A stretch of DNA of 32,000 bases from Aquifex aeolicus VF5 (GTDB lineage: Bacteria; Aquificota; Aquificia; Aquificales; Aquificaceae), in the NCBI RefSeq assembly GCF_000008625.1, contig NC_000918.1:150001-182000 (forward strand), written 5' to 3'. Both the position numbers and the translations under genes were made by a program. Below are positions 26,409 to 32,000 of the stretch, piece after piece (the stretch's first letter is position 1; each line of letters opens with the position of its first letter). Below the pieces are notes generated by a model, which was not told where the DNA came from, searched no databases, and saw only the letters and a program-made list of their open reading frames with translations.

Positions 26409-27572
26409 GTGTTTGAGTTTTCGGACAGGTTAAAGGTTCTCCCGCCTTACCTTTTTGCAGAACTCGATAGGAAGAAACAGGAGAAGATAGAACAGGGTGT
26501 GGACGTTATAGACCTCGGTGTGGGAGACCCGGACATGCCCACACCAAAACCCATAGTTGAAGCTGCAAAAAAAGCCTTAGAAAATCCTGAAAATCACAAG
26601 TACCCTTCTTACGTAGGGAAGTACGAGTTCAGGAAGGCGGTTGCAGACTGGTACAAGAGAAGGTTTGACGTTGATCTTGATCCAAACACCGAAGTTATAA
26701 CCCTTATCGGTTCAAAGGAAGGGATAGCACACTTTCCCTTAGCCTTCGTAAATCCCGGAGACATAGTTCTCTGTCCAGACCCTGCGTATCCCGTTTACAG
26801 AATTGGAGCAATATTTGCCGGAGGAACTCCATACACGGTTCCCTTAAAAGAAGAGAACAACTTCCTCCCCGACCTTGATTCAATTCCAGAAGACGTGGCG
26901 AAAAAGGCAAAGATTATATGGATTAATTACCCTAATAACCCCACTTCCGCACCACCTACCCTTGAGTTTTACAAAAAACTCGTTGACTGGGCTAAGGAGT
27001 ACAACGTTATAATAGCCTCCGACAACGCTTACTCCGAGATTTATACGGGACAGGAAAAGCCCCCTTCCATACTCCAAGTTCCCGGAGCCAAAGACGTAGC
27101 CATAGAGTTTCACTCCCTCTCCAAAACTTACAATATGACGGGATGGCGTATAGGCATGGCTGTAGGGAATAAGGAACTCGTTGCGGGATTAGGAAAGGTA
27201 AAAACGAACGTGGACAGCGGTCAGTTCGGAGCTGTTCAGGATGCGGGAATAGTAGCCCTGAACCTGCCCGAAGAAGAGGTGGAAAAGATAAGGGACGTTT
27301 ACAGGGAAAGAAAGAAGATAATGACGGAAGCCCTTGAAAAGATAGGACTCGAGATTTACAGGAGCGATTACACCTTCTACCTCTGGATAAAAGTACCGGA
27401 AGGATACACTTCCGCAGAGTTCGTGGGAAGACTCATAGACGAGGCGGGTATAGTTTGCACCCCCGGAAACGGTTTCGGAGAGTACGGAGAGGGTTATTTT
27501 AGGATTTCCTTAACAGTTCCCACCGAGAGACTCCTTGAGGCTGCGGAAAGAATTAAAAATTTAAAACTGTAA
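26409..27572 (+). CDS. PLP-dependent class I aminotransferase, probable LL-diaminopimelate aminotransferase
   Basis: 387 aa. N-terminus 'LPPYLFAELDRKK', 'NYPNNPT', and the PLP lysine in 'SLSKTYNMTGWRIG'. The specific substrate cannot be fixed from sequence alone. Confidence 0.8.
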   Translation: MFEFSDRLKVLPPYLFAELDRKKQEKIEQGVDVIDLGVGDPDMPTPKPIVEAAKKALENPENHKYPSYVGKYEFRKAVADWYKRRFDVDLDPNTEVITLIGSKEGIAHFPLAFVNPGDIVLCPDPAYPVYRIGAIFAGGTPYTVPLKEENNFLPDLDSIPEDVAKKAKIIWINYPNNPTSAPPTLEFYKKLVDWAKEYNVIIASDNAYSEIYTGQEKPPSILQVPGAKDVAIEFHSLSKTYNMTGWRIGMAVGNKELVAGLGKVKTNVDSGQFGAVQDAGIVALNLPEEEVEKIRDVYRERKKIMTEALEKIGLEIYRSDYTFYLWIKVPEGYTSAEFVGRLIDEAGIVCTPGNGFGEYGEGYFRISLTVPTERLLEAAERIKNLKL

Positions 27573-27612
27573 TCTCCCTTTCTCCTTTTCCTTTCTTTTA
27601 AGATTAAATCTT

Positions 27613-28299
27613 ATGAACGCCTGTGAGAGGTTATCCCGCGTCCTTGAGAGAATTCAGAAAGCCTGCGAGAGAGCGGGAAGGGGTGAGAACTGTGCGAAAC
27701 TTCTAGGAGCTTCTAAGACCGTACCTCCAGAAGTTATAAGGGAGTTTTATAACTGCGGACTGAAGGTTTACGGAGAAAACAGGGTTCAGGAGTTCCTCAA
27801 AAAGTATGAAGCCCTAAAAGATTTAGACTTAGAGTGGCACTTCATAGGGAGACTCCAGACGAATAAAGTGAAGTACCTTATGGGTAAAGTCGTCTTAATC
27901 CACTCCCTTGACAGGAAGAACCTCGCGGACGAAATACAAAAAAGAGCCTTTAAAAACAACATAGTTCAGGACGTTTTAATAGAGGTAAACGTGGGAGGCG
28001 AAGAAACGAAGGGAGGAGTAGAGCCCGAGAACTTAAAGGAACTCTTTGAGTACACTTTAGAACTTCCCAATGTAAAGGTTCTCGGACTCATGACCATACC
28101 TCCGTATCTTGAAAATCCCGAAGATGTCAGACCTTACTTCAGAAAACTCAGGGAACTGAGGGACGAGCTCCAAAGGGAGTACAACGTTGCACTTCCTCAC
28201 CTCTCCATGGGAATGTCCCACGACTTTGAGGTTGCGATTGAAGAGGGTGCAACTATCGTGAGAATAGGCACTTTGCTCTTCGGGGAGAGGAAGTATTGA
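27613..28299 (+). CDS. yggS: YggS-family pyridoxal-phosphate homeostasis protein
   Basis: 228 aa. 'LLGASKT' (PLP Lys), 'HFIGRLQTNKVK', and 'MGMSHDFEVAIEEGATIVRIGTLLFG'. Confidence 0.9.
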   Translation: MNACERLSRVLERIQKACERAGRGENCAKLLGASKTVPPEVIREFYNCGLKVYGENRVQEFLKKYEALKDLDLEWHFIGRLQTNKVKYLMGKVVLIHSLDRKNLADEIQKRAFKNNIVQDVLIEVNVGGEETKGGVEPENLKELFEYTLELPNVKVLGLMTIPPYLENPEDVRPYFRKLRELRDELQREYNVALPHLSMGMSHDFEVAIEEGATIVRIGTLLFGERKY

Positions 28300-28613
28300 A
28301 ACTAAAGTACAAGATATGGTTTGAGATAGACGGAGAGCCCGTAATAACGAAGTTAAAGTATGAGCTTCTTAAAAATATAGAAAAGACAAAGTCAATAAAG
28401 AAGGCTTCAGAACTCCTTAACATCTCTTACAAAAAAGCCCTTGAACACATAAAGGCTATGGAAAAAAGACTGGGTAAAAAAATAGTCGTAAGGGAGAGGG
28501 GAAAAGGGGCTTATTTGACAAAGGAAGGAAAAAAGTTAATGGAAATGTACGAGAGGGCAAAAAAGGAATTTGAAAAAACCGCCCGTTTAATTGAGGAGAA
28601 GGAGGGCATTTGA
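28296..28613 (+). CDS. ModE N-terminal-domain-like winged-helix protein (no molybdate-binding domains)
   Basis: 105 aa. 'WFEIDGEPVITKLKYELLKNIEKTKSIKKASELLNISYKKALEHIKAMEKRLG' matches the ModE/LysR-like N-terminal HTH domain. The start is TTG and overlaps the yggS stop. Confidence 0.7.
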   Translation: MKLKYKIWFEIDGEPVITKLKYELLKNIEKTKSIKKASELLNISYKKALEHIKAMEKRLGKKIVVRERGKGAYLTKEGKKLMEMYERAKKEFEKTARLIEEKEGI

Positions 28614-29963
28614 GGCTGTTGAGACGTACCTGTGGGGGAGTTTAATCCCTCCACTTTTCAGTTTTGGATTTTCGTTTATAGCCCTTTGAATGTCTTCTTC
28701 ACTTATCTTTAGTTCTTCTTTAGCCCTTTCGTACTCCTCAAAGGCTTTCATCTTTGCTTCGTAGAGCTTCATGAGAACTCTGCTCTTTACGTTAGCCTCC
28801 GCGTCTCCGGAAGTTTCCACCGCAACGAAGAGACTGCCTCCGAGGTCTTCTATCACTTTCGACTGAACACCGTCGCTCTGTGTGGAGGGCATGCAACCAA
28901 ATGGTTTTACGGATATTACCATGTGGGCTTTTTTGTGTTTAATCATGTATATGTGTTTTCCTACTTCCATGTGCCCCTCACCGCCCGAAAGCCTTACGTT
29001 GTAGTACCTGTTTGCGTACTGTGCGAGTTTTTTCTGGCTCTTTAATGGATCGGGTTTATTCCCCAGTGCCAGCCTGTAGAAGTTGTAAAGTCCCCTGAAG
29101 TAAACGTTCAGGGCTTTTAACGCCAGTATCGTCTTGAAAGCCTGCTTTCTATTTTTGAAAGCCTTTTCCTTAGTGTCGAGAATTTTTTCGTAAATCAGGT
29201 ACTCAATCCACGTGGATACGGGCTCAACTATCGGTTCCGCTCCCTCCTCTATAAGCCACTTTGCCATTCTGTAATTTCCGTCTCCTTCCGTAGTTTGTGC
29301 GAAGAACTCTCCCGTAATCTTTACCTTCGGTTTTGGCTGGAAGTAGTAAACCTTAAGATTGTCAAGCTTTCTCTTAACTTCCCTTAGGGCTTTAAATAAA
29401 CTCCTCCCGTTTCTGAGTGCCTCGTAGAGTATGTTCAGGCTCTCCTCCTTCCACATATCCGCGGAATTGGGAACTTCTTCGTACGGCTTTACTTTGTAGT
29501 AAACGTCGTTTATGAGGTCTCCGAGAATTACCGCCTTCATCAGACTCAAGAAAAAGTCCTTGTCGAACTTAAGTTCGCTTTCTCCCATTTCCTTTAGTAC
29601 AGCCTCACTCTGCTCGAAGGTTATTACTTTGAAGTCTCTAAAACCTGCGTCTTTTAAGGCTTTCCTGTACTCCATTTCGTACATGCCGAACCTGCAGGGA
29701 CCGCACGAGCCAGCTGTTACGAAGACGTACTTTTTCTCTATGTCTCTTTCGCCGCTTTCCCTCTTTTCCATCAGGTACTTTACGAGGTTTCCAACGGTGT
29801 AGTAAGTGGGGTTACACTGTCCTTTATTACAGAACTCCTTCCCCACTTTAAGGGCTTCGTTATCGGGAGTTGGAAGGGGTTCAACGTCGTAGCCCAGCCT
29901 CTCCATAGCCCCCTTTATTAAAAAGTCGTGAGCCTGAGTAAGTCCCCCGTAAAGTATCTTCAT
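28587..29963 (-). CDS. 2-hydroxyacyl-CoA-dehydratase-superfamily protein (HgdB/COG3581-like), third gene of the activase operon
   Basis: 458 aa. 'CNKGQCNPTYYTVGNL' and 'TAGSCGPCRFGMYE' Cys motifs, as in the C-terminal module of large activase-fusion proteins. 4-nt overlap with the upstream gene. Confidence 0.7.
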   Translation of the reverse strand: MKILYGGLTQAHDFLIKGAMERLGYDVEPLPTPDNEALKVGKEFCNKGQCNPTYYTVGNLVKYLMEKRESGERDIEKKYVFVTAGSCGPCRFGMYEMEYRKALKDAGFRDFKVITFEQSEAVLKEMGESELKFDKDFFLSLMKAVILGDLINDVYYKVKPYEEVPNSADMWKEESLNILYEALRNGRSLFKALREVKRKLDNLKVYYFQPKPKVKITGEFFAQTTEGDGNYRMAKWLIEEGAEPIVEPVSTWIEYLIYEKILDTKEKAFKNRKQAFKTILALKALNVYFRGLYNFYRLALGNKPDPLKSQKKLAQYANRYYNVRLSGGEGHMEVGKHIYMIKHKKAHMVISVKPFGCMPSTQSDGVQSKVIEDLGGSLFVAVETSGDAEANVKSRVLMKLYEAKMKAFEEYERAKEELKISEEDIQRAINENPKLKSGGIKLPHRYVSTASNALLLLN

Positions 29964-31378
29964 ACCGCTACCTCCCTTCTTTTTAATACTTCCTCTTCGT
30001 ACCTCTTCAAAAAGTAATCAATAGTCTCAACTCTTATCTTTATAGAACCAGAAGGTTTGTTTTCGTCCAGCTCGTGAAAGGTAAAGTAGGGAGTGTTGGT
30101 TTCTTCTAAGATTTCCTCTATTAACGAGTATATGGGGGCGTCGTGCCCGCACCTGAAGGAAGATAGGTCAACTCCTGCAAGGTTCGGGTGTCTTGCCGTG
30201 TACTTTGCCGCCCATACTTTCATGGAAGAATTTTCGCTGTAGCACTTCTTCCAGACGTCCCTTATATCCATAGGGTGTTCTATCCTTCCCTCCAAAATGT
30301 CCCTCTCAAATATCCTGTAAAGGATGTCCTCGTCCCTCGGAAGGCTCTCTATTGTAAAAATCGGGTAGCCCCTTTTGTTTATCTCGTCTAAGATTTCGTG
30401 GTTTATCCCCGGGTCGTTGTGGTAGGGTCTTCCAAGGAGAACTACTCCAACCTTTCCTTCCCTTTCCAGTCTCTCCAGAACTTCCCTTGCCCTTTCCCTT
30501 AAAGTTCTCCTGTACTCCTCAAGTGCCCTCAGACCTTCCCTTACCGCCTCCCTGTTTTCCTCTTTCGTTATTCCGAATAAGGGATTAAATACTTTGTAGA
30601 GTTGTCTCTCTAAGAGTTCCGTGTCTTCCAAATCCAGAACCGGGTCAAGGTATATCACTCCCCTTTCCCTGAATTCGTCCCTTTCCTTTGTAAAACTAGC
30701 CTTCACGACTTCGGGTGTTGCCGAAACTGTGGGACACGCCCAGTGCCCTTCAGCCTTGTATATCTCTCCCTGAAGTGTCCTTATACAGGGGAAAAAGATG
30801 ATGTTCACTCCTTTCTTTTCAAAAAGGAGGTTGTGAACGTGGGCTATTGCGACCTTTGAAGGGAAACACGGGTCTATTGATCCCCTCTTTGAGCCTCTTC
30901 TGTAGAGCTCTTCGCTCGTGAAGTCAGAAAAAACTACCTTTTTAACTCCGAGGGCTTCGAAGTACGTCCTGAAGAAGGGAGCGTAAGAGTATACGTTCAA
31001 GACTCTCGGAATTCCGATTACCGCGTTCTTCAAGAATTCAAGTTTTTTCTTCCTGAAGAAGTTAATTATTCCATTTTCCTTTACCACTTTTTTCGGTTTG
31101 TAGGACTTGAAGAGGAGTTTATTCGAAATCTCAACGAAGTTCGGGTACTTTTCCTGCAGGGAACTCCTTTCTTTTAGGAGTTTTTTTAGCTCTTCCTTGC
31201 TCTCCACTTCCCCTTTATCGCACGTGGCTATTATGAACCTCTTTTTTTCTTCGTTTACCTTGAGATCTATGAAGGTTCTTATGCACAGGTTCTTACAAAA
31301 GTGACAGCGGGTCTCCTCGCCCCTTATGGTTTCGTAATCAATCTTATCCAGGTTTTCAAAACCTATAAAGTTCGTCAT
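29960..31378 (-). CDS. DUF2229-type 'CoA enzyme activase uncharacterised domain' protein (COG3580-like)
   Basis: 472 aa. N-terminal 'CHFCKNLC', 'IGIPRVLNVYSYAPFFRTYFEALG', and 'FRCGHDAP'. 4-nt overlaps on both sides. Confidence 0.7.
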   Translation of the reverse strand: MTNFIGFENLDKIDYETIRGEETRCHFCKNLCIRTFIDLKVNEEKKRFIIATCDKGEVESKEELKKLLKERSSLQEKYPNFVEISNKLLFKSYKPKKVVKENGIINFFRKKKLEFLKNAVIGIPRVLNVYSYAPFFRTYFEALGVKKVVFSDFTSEELYRRGSKRGSIDPCFPSKVAIAHVHNLLFEKKGVNIIFFPCIRTLQGEIYKAEGHWACPTVSATPEVVKASFTKERDEFRERGVIYLDPVLDLEDTELLERQLYKVFNPLFGITKEENREAVREGLRALEEYRRTLRERAREVLERLEREGKVGVVLLGRPYHNDPGINHEILDEINKRGYPIFTIESLPRDEDILYRIFERDILEGRIEHPMDIRDVWKKCYSENSSMKVWAAKYTARHPNLAGVDLSSFRCGHDAPIYSLIEEILEETNTPYFTFHELDENKPSGSIKIRVETIDYFLKRYEEEVLKRREVAV

Positions 31379-32000
31379 ACTAATACTCCCTCCGCTTCTT
31401 TTACTCTCTTTGCTTCAAGGGCTGCACCTATTGCCCCTGCTACGCTTCCCATGGGGTGAACGTAAACCTTTGCTTCTGGGACTTTAGACTTTATGTAATC
31501 CACCTGAGCTTTTACCACCGCGAGGTTTTTATGGGTTCCTCCCTGAAGAACGAATACCTTTCCGAGCTTCCTCAAGTTCGGCTCCTGCATTACGTAAAGC
31601 CAGACATTCAAGGGCAGAACCTTTGCGAGTCCTGCCATTATCTCTTCCGCGGTCCATCCGAGTTGCTGGAAGTTAACTATGTCCGCCTCTAAAAATACAG
31701 CACAACCAAAGTTAAAGGAGGGACAGTACTTGGCTTTAAAAGCCACGTCCGCATACTCTTCCACCCTGTATCCGAACCTGTTTGCGGTGGACTGGAGGTA
31801 ATAACCGTTTCCAGCGGAACACTGGGTGTTCAGTCTAAAGTCTTTAACCTTTCCGTTCCTGAGGATTATGACCTTTATATCTTGCCCGCCCACGTCGCAT
31901 ATCACTTCCGCGTCGGGGAAAAACTTAAGGGCTCCGAGCGTGTGGGCTACCGTTTCAACTATTGCAACGTCTCCGCCGAAAGCCATCTTGAGAAGATCTT
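31375..32000 (-). CDS. BadF/BadG/BcrA/BcrD-type ATPase (HgdC-like activase), C-terminal part; N-terminus lies beyond the window
   Basis: The frame stays open past the listed Met to the window edge. It has the ASKHA-fold motif 'ICDVGGQDIKVIIL', and 'NTQCSAGNGYYL', 'VLQGGTHKN'. Confidence 0.8.
   Translation of the reverse strand, partial: DLLKMAFGGDVAIVETVAHTLGALKFFPDAEVICDVGGQDIKVIILRNGKVKDFRLNTQCSAGNGYYLQSTANRFGYRVEEYADVAFKAKYCPSFNFGCAVFLEADIVNFQQLGWTAEEIMAGLAKVLPLNVWLYVMQEPNLRKLGKVFVLQGGTHKNLAVVKAQVDYIKSKVPEAKVYVHPMGSVAGAIGAALEAKRVKEAEGVLV

Overview
This is a gene-dense, mostly housekeeping chromosomal window from a thermophilic bacterium. The K/E-rich proteins, heavy gene overlap and gene set look like Aquificales (Aquifex-like), but I cannot verify that without a search. 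I support about 38 protein genes: folE, a MoxR ATPase, lon, leuB, purK, gatA, dksA-family, an Ogg2-type glycosylase, coaD, speH, an RlmD-like methyltransferase, nusA, rimP, a CDGSH protein, hemC, an LplA/LipB-family protein, a GGDEF cyclase, an Rrf2 regulator, queD, lgt, an aminotransferase, yggS and others. There is also one tRNA-Ser(GGA) and one small CRISPR array with no cas genes in the window. I saw no transposase, integrase or phage genes.

The most notable observations are:
1. The 535-bp intergenic region 16842-17376 holds 12-13 DnaA-box 9-mers in two opposed clusters, one of them phased at 11 bp, plus two other repeat families. It looks like a chromosomal replication origin that is not next to dnaA.
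2. A translationally coupled operon at 28587 to beyond 32000 encodes an HgdC-like activase, a DUF2229-type protein and an HgdB-like protein. This is the split form of an architecture I recall being linked to anaerobic ether-lipid (plasmalogen) synthesis.
3. The only two homopolymer runs of 9 nt or more that I noticed by eye (A10 in an hxlR-type regulator, A9 at the start of an rsmD-like gene) both coincide with reading-frame disruptions of conserved genes.
4. A 28-codon upstream ORF with a strong Shine-Dalgarno (SD) sequence overlaps the start of speH.
5. A perfect 16-bp palindrome sits in front of a membrane-protein/Rrf2 gene pair.
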